Assembly (NCBI GenBank): GCA_048939995.1
Contig: JBHLOY010000030.1
Span: forward strand, 1-16,538
Length of the DNA: 16,538 bases
Source of the DNA: Promethearchaeota archaeon
Lineage (GTDB): Archaea > Asgardarchaeota > Lokiarchaeia > Sigyniarchaeales > SOKP01
Direction of reading: 5' to 3'
This document shows positions 1 through 8,467 of this stretch, piece after piece. The notes below the pieces were generated by a model. That model was not told the DNA's origin and ran no database searches. It worked only from the letters and a program-made list of their open reading frames with translations. Position 1 is the stretch's first letter. Every line of letters begins with the position of its first letter. The position numbers and the translations under genes are program-made.

Positions 1-90
1 ATTAAATTTTATATTGAAGGTAAATTTTTTAATATTTAGCACATGAATTATTTAAAATCTTAAAATTATCTTATTGCTGAGAGTTATTCA

Positions 91-1305
91 ATGAACATTC
101 TCGTTCTTCAAGAAACAGATTGGCTTACTCGAGGTCCACATACACAACACCATATTTTTGAGAGGATGTCAAAAAATCCAAAAATTAAAATCACTGTACT
201 TGATTATGATATTGATAAAACGATGCGTTCTAAATCAATTTTGATTAAAAAGCAAATTTTTAATAAAACTGATCGGGCAATAACAGGTTCAAATGTTACC
301 GTTATTCGAACAGCTCATATTCAAGTACCTTATTTTAGGAGAATATCCTCATTAATAACCAACTCATTTGAAATGCTTAACTTGTTTAAGAAAGACCGAC
401 CAGACATAATAGTAGCTTTCTCTCTAACAAATGGATTAATCGGTTTAATATTATCAAAATTATATGGAATTCCTTTTGTTTTTTACTATATTGATATGCT
501 TCACACCTTGATTTCTCTTGAATACATTAAAAAGGTTGCCCAGCTCTTTTCGCGGCTTTTATTTAAGAAATCAGATAAAAATATTGTAGTTACAAAATCT
601 CTTCAAAAATATGCATTAAATCAAGGAGTTAAAGAAATGTATGTCCAAGTTCTTCTAAATGGAATTTCTCTGGAAAACACAGTTGTAGACCAGAAAAAGC
701 TTCAACTTTTAAAAAATAAATATTTAATTAATGATGACAATTTTGTTCTATTCTTTATGGGCTATTTGTATGATTTTGCTGGATTAAAGGAGATAATCGA
801 TTATTATAATAAAGATGTGAGAAGTGGAAAATTAAAATTTAAATTTTTCATAATTGGAGATGGAGGAATTTATGATTCTTTGGTTAAATATGTTAAAGAT
901 ATTGGAGCAAATTGGGTAATTCTTACGGGAAGATTGGCTTTCTTTGAAATTACAGAATTCATTGAATTAGCAGACTTATGTCTAATGAGTTTTGACTTAA
1001 ATGAAATTACAAGAGAGATTACTCCTGTGAAAATTATGGAATATATGGCAATGAAAAAGCCAGTCTTATCTAACAGCTTACCCGGAGTTATTAAAGAGAT
1101 TGGCAGGAATAATGGTGTGATATTTTCTAAAAACCAAGTTGATTTAATCCAAAAAATTGAATCATTAAGTAAAGATAAAGAAAAATTAAAAAAAATAGGA
1201 GAAGTTGGATTCAGTTTAATTAAGAAGTATTATGTTTGGCCAAAAATTTTAAATAAATTTAGAAGTATTCTTTTAGATTTAATTAAAAAAAATCGAATTA
1301 AATAA
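91..1305 (+). CDS. Glycosyltransferase family 4 (GT-B) protein
   Basis: 404 aa ORF. The C-terminal GT-B domain has 'LFFMGYL', 'IIGDG', 'ADLCL' and 'PVKIMEYMAMKKPVL' (the P.K..EY.A...PV variant of the GT4 nucleotide-sugar motif), plus 'Y.W' near the C-terminus. Confidence 0.9.
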   Translation: MNILVLQETDWLTRGPHTQHHIFERMSKNPKIKITVLDYDIDKTMRSKSILIKKQIFNKTDRAITGSNVTVIRTAHIQVPYFRRISSLITNSFEMLNLFKKDRPDIIVAFSLTNGLIGLILSKLYGIPFVFYYIDMLHTLISLEYIKKVAQLFSRLLFKKSDKNIVVTKSLQKYALNQGVKEMYVQVLLNGISLENTVVDQKKLQLLKNKYLINDDNFVLFFMGYLYDFAGLKEIIDYYNKDVRSGKLKFKFFIIGDGGIYDSLVKYVKDIGANWVILTGRLAFFEITEFIELADLCLMSFDLNEITREITPVKIMEYMAMKKPVLSNSLPGVIKEIGRNNGVIFSKNQVDLIQKIESLSKDKEKLKKIGEVGFSLIKKYYVWPKILNKFRSILLDLIKKNRIK

Positions 1306-1338
1306 AAATATTAATAAAATAGAAGAAGATTCCTTAAA

Positions 1339-2511
1339 ATGATGAATATTGCAATGCTAACTCCCTTTTTTACAGGAGAGTTAGGTGGACCATACAACGT
1401 GATCTCAGAAATAGTGCCCTATTTAGAAAAAAAGGGAGTTACTACAAACATTTTTACAACATCAGCAATAGAGAAGTTTGGAAACAACCGTACGGAAAAT
1501 TATGAACGAAAGTCTCCCTATTTTAAGATATTTCGTCAGGATTCTTTTTTGAAATTTAGAGAATATAGAATTTCATTTAATTTGCTTCCATTTCTTTTAA
1601 AGCATGAAAGAGAGATTGATATTGTACATTCACATGCTTTAAGAAGCTATCAGGAAGATATTGGTTCGCTTTTTTCATTAATGAAAAAAAAACCTATGGT
1701 AATATCTCCTCATGGAGGAATAGGAATAAATTGGGATTATGGTGATAAAATCCCAAAAATGATCTCTGATAAGACCATCGGCTATATTAAAAAAAAATTA
1801 TTAGAGGTTCATTATGTGGCAGTTACTAAAATGGAAATCCCCTTAATAAAAAAATATGGCAATGTTGATGATAGTCACGTCCACTTCATCCCTCACGGTG
1901 TAAATACACGGATCTTTAGAAGTGTAGATTCAAGCGAACTAAAACAAAAGTTAGGTTTAGAAGCCTTTAAAGTCATTTTATATGTTGGGCGGATTGCTAA
2001 AGGAAAAGGAGTAGATAAGTTAATAAAAATTCTAAATTATTTGAATCAGAAAAATAAAGATATAAAATTAGTGATTATTGGAGGAGATGCTGGTTATTTA
2101 TCTATGGTTAAAACACTCATTAGAAAATATCAATTATCAGAAAAAGTATTAATTTTAGGATTTATCCCAAAGAAAAACCTTCCTCTATATTATTCCATGT
2201 CAGACTTGGTTATATATCCTTCAAGGCAAGAAATTTTTGGACTTGTAATATGCGAGGCTATGGCTTGTGGTAAACCTGTAATTGGGTCAGATATTTTTGG
2301 TCCAAGTGAAATTATTCAGAATGGAATAACTGGTTTTACCTCAGATTTTAAAGATTTAAGAAAATTAAGTGAACTTGTCAATGATTTGTTGAGTGATGAC
2401 AAAAAGTTAAATGAAATGGGGAAGAAAGGTTTGGAACGTGTAAAAAGCCAATATACCTGGGAAAAAACTGCTAAGTCTCACTATAAACTTTATTCAGATA
2501 TTTTAAAATAA
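1339..2511 (+). CDS. Glycosyltransferase family 4 (GT-B) protein
   Basis: 390 aa. N-terminal 'GG' (ELGGPY), 'DIVHSH', 'IPHGVN', 'YVGRI..GKG', canonical 'YPSRQEIFGLVICEAMACGKPVIG' (E-X7-E) and 'YTWEKTA'. Confidence 0.95.
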   Translation: MMNIAMLTPFFTGELGGPYNVISEIVPYLEKKGVTTNIFTTSAIEKFGNNRTENYERKSPYFKIFRQDSFLKFREYRISFNLLPFLLKHEREIDIVHSHALRSYQEDIGSLFSLMKKKPMVISPHGGIGINWDYGDKIPKMISDKTIGYIKKKLLEVHYVAVTKMEIPLIKKYGNVDDSHVHFIPHGVNTRIFRSVDSSELKQKLGLEAFKVILYVGRIAKGKGVDKLIKILNYLNQKNKDIKLVIIGGDAGYLSMVKTLIRKYQLSEKVLILGFIPKKNLPLYYSMSDLVIYPSRQEIFGLVICEAMACGKPVIGSDIFGPSEIIQNGITGFTSDFKDLRKLSELVNDLLSDDKKLNEMGKKGLERVKSQYTWEKTAKSHYKLYSDILK

Positions 2512-2533
2512 TTATGTAACTAAGTAGATTAAT

Positions 2534-3766
2534 ATGCTACGAGAAAATAATCTAAAATTTATATGGATATCTTCCTTTGGACAACTAGTTGATATTCGGA
2601 TAAGAGAACTCTCAAAATATCTAATAAGATCAAATATAAATCCTGTACTTGTGACATATAGACTCTCTAAAAAAGAAAAGTTAAATCAAAATGATTCACA
2701 GTCTGAACTCTCTACTCTTCATCTTAAAAATCCCCTGTTCAAGAACTTTAAAAACAAAATTTTCTTATACTTGAGAGAATTAGTCCTAAAATTGGCTTTC
2801 ATCTTAAAAGGGTTCCCTTTCTTATATTCTGATGTGAGTGATTACATTAAAAAAAATACAGATCTTAAATTTATTTATGCCACAGGTCCCTCCTTTTTTA
2901 CCCATATTTTGGGATATCTATTGAAAAGAAAATTTCAAATTCCTCTTATTGTTGAATACACCGATCCTTGGTATAAGAATCCATATAGGATAGGTAAAAT
3001 GAGGTGGTTGGAAAATAAAATTGATTACTTTATAGAAAGGCATATTCTCAAATCAACGGATATTATTATAACCAATACAATGTACCTAATTTCGATAATG
3101 AAAACTAATTTTCCATTTATTATAGATAAACCAATTTATAGCATCGAGGATGGATTAAAATTGCAAGAAATCTCGCAAGATCATGTAAGTGAACGAAATA
3201 AGCTTATTATAACATATGCAGGTAGAATTTATGGGAAAAGAAACATAACTCCTCTATTTAAAATCATATATCAATTGAAAAAGGAGGCTTTTTTTGAAGA
3301 TAGGCCTATTTTAATTAAGATTTATGGAGATTATCCCAAACAACTTTTTATCAGAATCTTTAAGAGGTTGAAAATTGAAGATTTTTTTTATTTAGGAGAC
3401 TTTCTGCCTAGATCTGACGTTGTTGAGGAAATAAAAAATAGTGATCTTGCTCTCCATATAGGAGAATATATAGATTATCCTACAACTGCATTTAAAGTAT
3501 GGGAATATTTAAGCTGTAGAAAAAAGATTCTTTTTTTGAATATGGAACACTCTTCTCGTTCAGACTTTATTAGAAATAATAATTTAGGATTTATAATCCC
3601 GATTGATAATCTCCCGAAAGCTAAAAATGTTTTTAAAGAGTTAATTAGTGGGATTTTTGATAATAAAATAGACCTTACTTTTGAAGAATCAAAATTGGAT
3701 CAATTTACATGGGAGAGTAGAAGTAAAAAATTTATGAGTTCAATAATATCTAAGTTTCGTGAATAA
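2534..3766 (+). CDS. Divergent GT4-like glycosyltransferase
   Basis: 410 aa. 'YATGPSF', 'IPLIVEYTDPW', 'ITYAGRIYGKRN', 'AFKVWEYL' and 'FTWE' match the TGP..DPW / K..EYL subgroup of GT-B glycosyltransferases. Confidence 0.82.
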   Translation: MLRENNLKFIWISSFGQLVDIRIRELSKYLIRSNINPVLVTYRLSKKEKLNQNDSQSELSTLHLKNPLFKNFKNKIFLYLRELVLKLAFILKGFPFLYSDVSDYIKKNTDLKFIYATGPSFFTHILGYLLKRKFQIPLIVEYTDPWYKNPYRIGKMRWLENKIDYFIERHILKSTDIIITNTMYLISIMKTNFPFIIDKPIYSIEDGLKLQEISQDHVSERNKLIITYAGRIYGKRNITPLFKIIYQLKKEAFFEDRPILIKIYGDYPKQLFIRIFKRLKIEDFFYLGDFLPRSDVVEEIKNSDLALHIGEYIDYPTTAFKVWEYLSCRKKILFLNMEHSSRSDFIRNNNLGFIIPIDNLPKAKNVFKELISGIFDNKIDLTFEESKLDQFTWESRSKKFMSSIISKFRE

Positions 3767-3819
3767 AACTGCAATTATGTCTCTTTAATACATAGAATTT
3801 GAAAAGTATTTTAATGCCA

Positions 3820-3843
3820 ATTTCTCACAGTCAACTGAGAAAT
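3820..3843. terminator. Short inverted repeat between convergent genes (possible terminator or RNA-stabilising hairpin)
   Basis: ATTTCTCA (3820-3827), 8-nt loop, TGAGAAAT (3836-3843), in the 160-bp gap between the convergent GT4 cluster and the flippase. Confidence 0.3.
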
Positions 3844-3926
3844 ATAAGCAATAACAAACCAAAAGATTGTGGGTCAATATCTCCCGTTAAAAAACTTAAT
3901 CCATTAATTGCTATTACATATTAAAC

Positions 3927-5408
3927 TTAATCTTTGTTCTTTAATTCTGATACAATAGAACTATAAATTGTTTTAATGTTTATAATACTCAATAAAAATT
4001 TGAGGTCAGTCTTGGTAAAACCTTTCAAAAGAAAATTAATAGACAAATATAGAAATATGTCAATTATAATAAATATTGGAATAAAATAAAATGGGAAAGA
4101 AAATGAAATATTTACCCATAACTGAAATAAGAAAATCCCAAACATTATCACTAAGTTCCTAAATGATCCCCAATAAAATCCAAGATTAAATCTTTTATAA
4201 ATTATTGGTCTGTAGATTATTTGTGTAACTATTTTTGCAATTAGGTACGAAATTGCTCCTCCAAACACGTCTAAATTAAGAAATGAAGGAGAAATAAAGA
4301 AAATCATAAATAATATTGATAGCACATTTTCTAAAACTGAAAACTTCGCAATAAAACGAATTTCTCCTAAAGCCTGTAATTGTACAACATTTCCAATGTC
4401 AAGAGAAATAGGAATCAAAAGTAATACAAAAATAAATAAAATTTGACCTGTTAATCGATATTCATTACCAAACAATAATACAAAAAAGCCAGGAGCATAT
4501 AAATAAACGATAAAAACTATTGGTAGCAAGATTAAATTTAGAAATCGATGAGTATAGTTAATTATTTCAATGTTATCTTTCACTCTTCCGTTACTAATAT
4601 TCTTTGAAAAGGTAGTTATCAAAACATTTGAAATACTATTTGAAATAATCAAGAAATAATAAAAGAACTGTTTTGCAGTATAATAATTAGCTACATTATC
4701 AATAGAAGACCATGTATTAATCAATAATACATCAATGTTACTAACTATAAATAACAAACTGTTAGTAAAGAAGAATGGAAAACTATATTTGAAAAATCTA
4801 ATAATTAGTTCTTGATTTGGTTTTTTAAACTTCCTTTTTCTTAAAAAAAATAAGCTCAAGATAAAATGTGAAATATTAGATAATAAAATTATATTCATTA
4901 ATAACCAGATATCAAATTCAAAAAAAAATATTGATAAGATTAATAATATGTTTCTCAATAGCATCATAATCAATGAACATAAAGAATTTTTGAACACTTC
5001 TTTTTTACTTAAAAAAACTTGTTGAAAAAATTCAACTCTAAAAAAGCTCATAGCTATGAAAAAATAGTATCCTACGAAGATATTTCCTTCATAAGTTGGG
5101 GCTATTGGAATAAAAGCTAATACAAATATAGTGTAGATTGCAAATTGAAAAGTTCGAAATGTTAAAAAAGTCCCATTATATAATGCTTCTTCATCAGAAT
5201 TTTTAGCTTCGCCATAAAATTTCAAGTAAGCTAATTGGATTCCTAAATCAGTTATAAGACTAAATGTGGTAAGAAATGACAAGATTACCCCATAATATCC
5301 AACAATTTCAACAACAAAAAGAATTCTAATTAAATAGAAAAAAATCAAACTCAATGCAATATTGATTATATTTCCAATAATTAGAAGAAAAATTTTTGTG
5401 GAATCCAT
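3927..5408 (-). CDS. Oligosaccharide/polysaccharide flippase (Wzx/MOP superfamily)
   Basis: 493 aa, highly hydrophobic with many predicted TM segments. It has 'G.YG', 'TDLGI', 'FKYSFPF', 'NID.LLI', 'VANYYTA', 'LFG.EY' and 'GGAIS' motifs typical of polysaccharide-export flippases, and sits in a glycosyltransferase locus. Confidence 0.88.
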   Translation of the reverse strand: MDSTKIFLLIIGNIINIALSLIFFYLIRILFVVEIVGYYGVILSFLTTFSLITDLGIQLAYLKFYGEAKNSDEEALYNGTFLTFRTFQFAIYTIFVLAFIPIAPTYEGNIFVGYYFFIAMSFFRVEFFQQVFLSKKEVFKNSLCSLIMMLLRNILLILSIFFFEFDIWLLMNIILLSNISHFILSLFFLRKRKFKKPNQELIIRFFKYSFPFFFTNSLLFIVSNIDVLLINTWSSIDNVANYYTAKQFFYYFLIISNSISNVLITTFSKNISNGRVKDNIEIINYTHRFLNLILLPIVFIVYLYAPGFFVLLFGNEYRLTGQILFIFVLLLIPISLDIGNVVQLQALGEIRFIAKFSVLENVLSILFMIFFISPSFLNLDVFGGAISYLIAKIVTQIIYRPIIYKRFNLGFYWGSFRNLVIMFGIFLFQLWVNISFSFPFYFIPIFIIIDIFLYLSINFLLKGFTKTDLKFLLSIINIKTIYSSIVSELKNKD

Positions 5409-5475
5409 TGAAACATAAAACGAAAATTTTACTATAAATTTTGTTAATAGAAAAAATTATTTTAAATCTCTTTTT

Positions 5476-6354
5476 TCACACAATTTGAGAATTTAACCAA
5501 ATAGATAAATCTATATTTAATAAATTTTCTAACTCCTTAATATCAGTACTATATTGTGCATATAGTTTATTCTTTAATCGTAAATTTAACTTATCTTGAT
5601 CTTTCTTTTTTTCTGATAAGTCAAATATTTTCTTAAAAATCTTTAGTTTTGACGAAAGTGAATATAAATCATACGACATTAAAAAATTGTTTATATATTC
5701 AGAGAACTTGTATCCAAATGTATATAATAAATGGAATTTAGGAATATCTGAAGAATGAATTTTTTTTGTTACATTCAGGTTATCAAATGCATCATAATTA
5801 ATTCCTAAAAATCTTGAAATATTTTTAAGTGTCTTATATTTATTATTCATCATTTCTTCAAAAAACAATATAAGAAATCGTTCTTGTGGAAAAAATTTTA
5901 ACCAATTTTTTAAGTGTCGAGAATAGAGGCCAAGTTTAAAGGAGTGTGGCCGTTTATCCAAAAACTCCTTAAAACTTTCTTTATTATTTAAAATTAATCT
6001 ATTATATCTATATTCTGAAAATGCTCTATCTATTGGATTCCTTAAAAGCAAGATGAATTTAGAATTCGGGATATCTCTAGCCACACGAGCGGGAACTTCT
6101 TTATAATGAAAATATGTTGGGGAAATATCTCCTAACATTTTAAATTGAGGTGATTTTTTTGAAGATCGAAAAAATTTCTCATACCATCTTAACCCATTTT
6201 GATAATTAACACTAAAAAAGTTAATTTCTTTTATATAAGGGTATAAGTACACCTCAGGGTGATTTTTCAAAATTTCATATAACCATGTAGTACCACTTCT
6301 TTCAACACCTATACATAAGAAATCAGGAAGTATTTGCTCCCTATTATTTAACAA
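5476..6354 (-). CDS. PAPS-dependent sulfotransferase (heparan-sulfate-sulfotransferase-like domain)
   Basis: TTG start. 5'-PSB loop 'LPDFLCIGVERSGTTWLY', 'HP.V...KEINFF..NY..G..WY', 'GDISPTY', and 3'-PB motif 'LLRNPIDRAFSEY'. No signal peptide is apparent. Confidence 0.92.
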   Translation of the reverse strand: MLNNREQILPDFLCIGVERSGTTWLYEILKNHPEVYLYPYIKEINFFSVNYQNGLRWYEKFFRSSKKSPQFKMLGDISPTYFHYKEVPARVARDIPNSKFILLLRNPIDRAFSEYRYNRLILNNKESFKEFLDKRPHSFKLGLYSRHLKNWLKFFPQERFLILFFEEMMNNKYKTLKNISRFLGINYDAFDNLNVTKKIHSSDIPKFHLLYTFGYKFSEYINNFLMSYDLYSLSSKLKIFKKIFDLSEKKKDQDKLNLRLKNKLYAQYSTDIKELENLLNIDLSIWLNSQIV

Positions 6355-6497
6355 AATTGTCTCAATTAACTTATACCGTTACCTTAAGGATCCAAATATA
6401 TCAATTAAATTAAATATTTTCAACTTTGAATTATCAATCTGTAAATATTTTTGAAAAAAAGTTAATTTTTATGAATAGAAAATAATAATTGATATTA

Positions 6498-7031
6498 TTA
6501 AATAGGTAAATATCCCATTTTGTTTAATTCATCTAATATTATTTTTTTACTTTCTTCTACTGTTTGCTTATCAGTTTCAACAATTATATCTGCATGATTA
6601 GGGACCTCAAAAGGATGATCAATTCCAGTGAAATCTTTGATTTGGCCTGCTCTTGCTTTTGCAAACATACCTTTTACATCTCTTTGTTCACAAACCTCAA
6701 GTGAACATTTAACATAAACAAGGATATAATCTCCGATTTCCTTTCGAGAGTAATCACGAATCTTATTGTAGGGTGATACAAAAGAAGCGAGTACAGCAAC
6801 CCCATTTCGAGTCAATAATTTAGCAACAAATGTGACTCTTTCTATATTCATGTTTCTATCTTCTTCTGAAAATCCCAAATCGCGAGTGAGGCTTTTTCTG
6901 ACAATATCTCCATCAAGCCTCTCAACTTTCATTCCTCTATCCTTTAAGTCTTTAGCTACAGCATCAGCTAAGACAGTTTTTCCCGAACAAGGAAGTCCTG
7001 TAAACCACAGTGTAAATCCTTTATGTTCTAT
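6498..7031 (-). CDS. cysC: Adenylyl-sulfate (APS) kinase
   Basis: The ORF track starts at 6932, but the same frame extends 33 codons upstream through the P-loop: (ATA)EHKGFTLWFTGLPCSGKTVLADAVAKDLKDRG-MKVERLDGDIVR. It also has 'DLGFS.EDR..NIERV', 'SFVSPY', 'RDVKGM' and 'FTGID.PFE.P'. The probable start is ATA at 7031-7029, 7 nt after GGTGA. Confidence 0.93.
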   Translation of the reverse strand: MEHKGFTLWFTGLPCSGKTVLADAVAKDLKDRGMKVERLDGDIVRKSLTRDLGFSEEDRNMNIERVTFVAKLLTRNGVAVLASFVSPYNKIRDYSRKEIGDYILVYVKCSLEVCEQRDVKGMFAKARAGQIKDFTGIDHPFEVPNHADIIVETDKQTVEESKKIILDELNKMGYLPI

Positions 7032-7038
7032 TTTTTCT

Positions 7039-7044
7039 TCACCT
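7039..7044 (-). promoter_or_regulatory. Shine-Dalgarno-like AGGTGA upstream of cysC
   Basis: The minus strand reads TAA TA-AGGTGA-AGAAAAA-ATA GAA CAT. GGTGA is the archaeal-type SD core, at normal spacing from the ATA codon. Confidence 0.5.
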
Positions 7045-7046
7045 TA

Positions 7047-8435
7047 TTAAAATTTTATAATATTACCTTCCATATCTTTTGGAATTTCAATTCCTAAAAT
7101 TGATAAACAAGTTGGAGCAATGTCTAATATACTTTTAGTTCCTAATTCTTTTCCAATCTTCAATTTTGGATTGGATATAATATAGATTCCATAATAATCA
7201 TGAACAGCATCATCTGGTCCAGTATCATTCTCTTTTAAATACATTGAATCATAACCTACTGTACCAGCTGATCTCCAATTTAGATCATCGAAATATACCA
7301 TCAAATCAGGTGGGTCTCCGCGAATTTTTGAATAGAAATCCTCTGGTCTGTAGACTCTTGTATTCATAATGTTTCCCGCGTCATCTTTTATTGATTTAAT
7401 TTTCTCAGCCACAAAAGTTCTCATTTTTTCATAATCTTCTTCTTTAATTATACCTTGAGGCTCTCTTCCTTCAACATTCAAAAAGATTCGAGCATAATAA
7501 CCCCCCCACCCCCAGGCGTAAGTTTTACTCCAATCTATTTCAGCGTTTTCTAATCTAGTTCCTGGTTCAGGCCTCTTTTTGAATACTAATAATCCTAACT
7601 CTTCAAAAGCCATATTAATACATATTAACCCTTTCATAGCTTTAGCTCCATGATCAGATGCTATAATAACAGTGGTAATGTCATCCAGAAGATCTAATAC
7701 TTCTCCTACTTCTTTATCTAAAAATCTATAGTAATTTCGCATTTCATTTTCGAACTCATTACCTGGAATATATTTACTATGCTCTTTATCAAAATATTTC
7801 CAGAAAGCATGATGAAATCTATCTAAACCTATAATAACAAACTGAAAGTAGTCCCATTCTTTAGTTTTCATTAAATGTCTTATTGTCTTAAATTGAATTG
7901 TTGTCATTTCATAAATTTCATTTAACAGAGCTTTTTTATCATCTATTCTAAAATTAGCGTCTAGAATATATTTTCCAACTTCTCTTTTTATTTCTTCTTT
8001 CAGTTCTGGTGGAAATGTGTAGTTTGAATCTATATCAGGTGCTATAAAACCAGCAATTAAATTTCCGTTAATAGATTTGACTGGATAGGTAGGTGGAGTT
8101 CCAATAATTATGCTTTTTAATCCACTCTTGCCAATTATATCCCAGATGGTAGGTTCTTTTATTGAATACGAACTAGCAATCCAAAAATCATTATATGCAT
8201 ATTGTTTTCGATGTCTAAATCCATAAAGTCCAAGTGTTCCTGCTTTTTTGCCCGTTGCCATAACCATCCATGCTGGAATCGTTATAGGGGGATCTGAACT
8301 TTTTAACTTTCCATAGACTCCTTTTCCCATTAATTTTCTTATGTTTGGGCAATCATCAATAAATTCATTAAATAAAGTTCTTGGACTAGCACAATCGAGA
8401 CCAATTAAGACTAATTTCTTCTTTTGATTATTCAT
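7047..8435 (-). CDS. Alkaline phosphatase superfamily protein (type I phosphodiesterase / nucleotide pyrophosphatase-like)
   Basis: 462 aa. Metal ligands 'GLDCA', 'DRFHH', 'SDHG' and 'DAVH', with a Thr nucleophile in 'SSDPPITIPAW...TGK..G..G.YGF'. There is no CxPxR sulfatase motif and no signal peptide. Confidence 0.88.
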   Translation of the reverse strand: MNNQKKKLVLIGLDCASPRTLFNEFIDDCPNIRKLMGKGVYGKLKSSDPPITIPAWMVMATGKKAGTLGLYGFRHRKQYAYNDFWIASSYSIKEPTIWDIIGKSGLKSIIIGTPPTYPVKSINGNLIAGFIAPDIDSNYTFPPELKEEIKREVGKYILDANFRIDDKKALLNEIYEMTTIQFKTIRHLMKTKEWDYFQFVIIGLDRFHHAFWKYFDKEHSKYIPGNEFENEMRNYYRFLDKEVGEVLDLLDDITTVIIASDHGAKAMKGLICINMAFEELGLLVFKKRPEPGTRLENAEIDWSKTYAWGWGGYYARIFLNVEGREPQGIIKEEDYEKMRTFVAEKIKSIKDDAGNIMNTRVYRPEDFYSKIRGDPPDLMVYFDDLNWRSAGTVGYDSMYLKENDTGPDDAVHDYYGIYIISNPKLKIGKELGTKSILDIAPTCLSILGIEIPKDMEGNIIKF

Positions 8436-8467
8436 AACGAAATTGACTCAACATTCTGAATTGTAAA

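Noticed and set aside
6832-7050. 72-aa plus-strand ORF
   Set aside because: It is the antisense shadow of the cysC 5' region (P-loop codons) and has no recognisable motifs.
7501-7513. C-rich run CCCCCCCACCCCC in an AT-rich background
   Set aside because: It is explained by the Trp/Gly codons of 'WGWGG' in the NPP-like enzyme.
6498-8435. NPP and cysC are in the same reading frame, so a readthrough fusion is conceivable
   Set aside because: Two tandem TAA codons separate them and an SD-like site follows, so independent initiation is more parsimonious. The same frame occurs by chance one time in three.
7047-8435. Calling the AlkP protein an arylsulfatase
   Set aside because: It lacks the C/S-x-P-x-R formylglycine motif and has an NPP-type Thr nucleophile.
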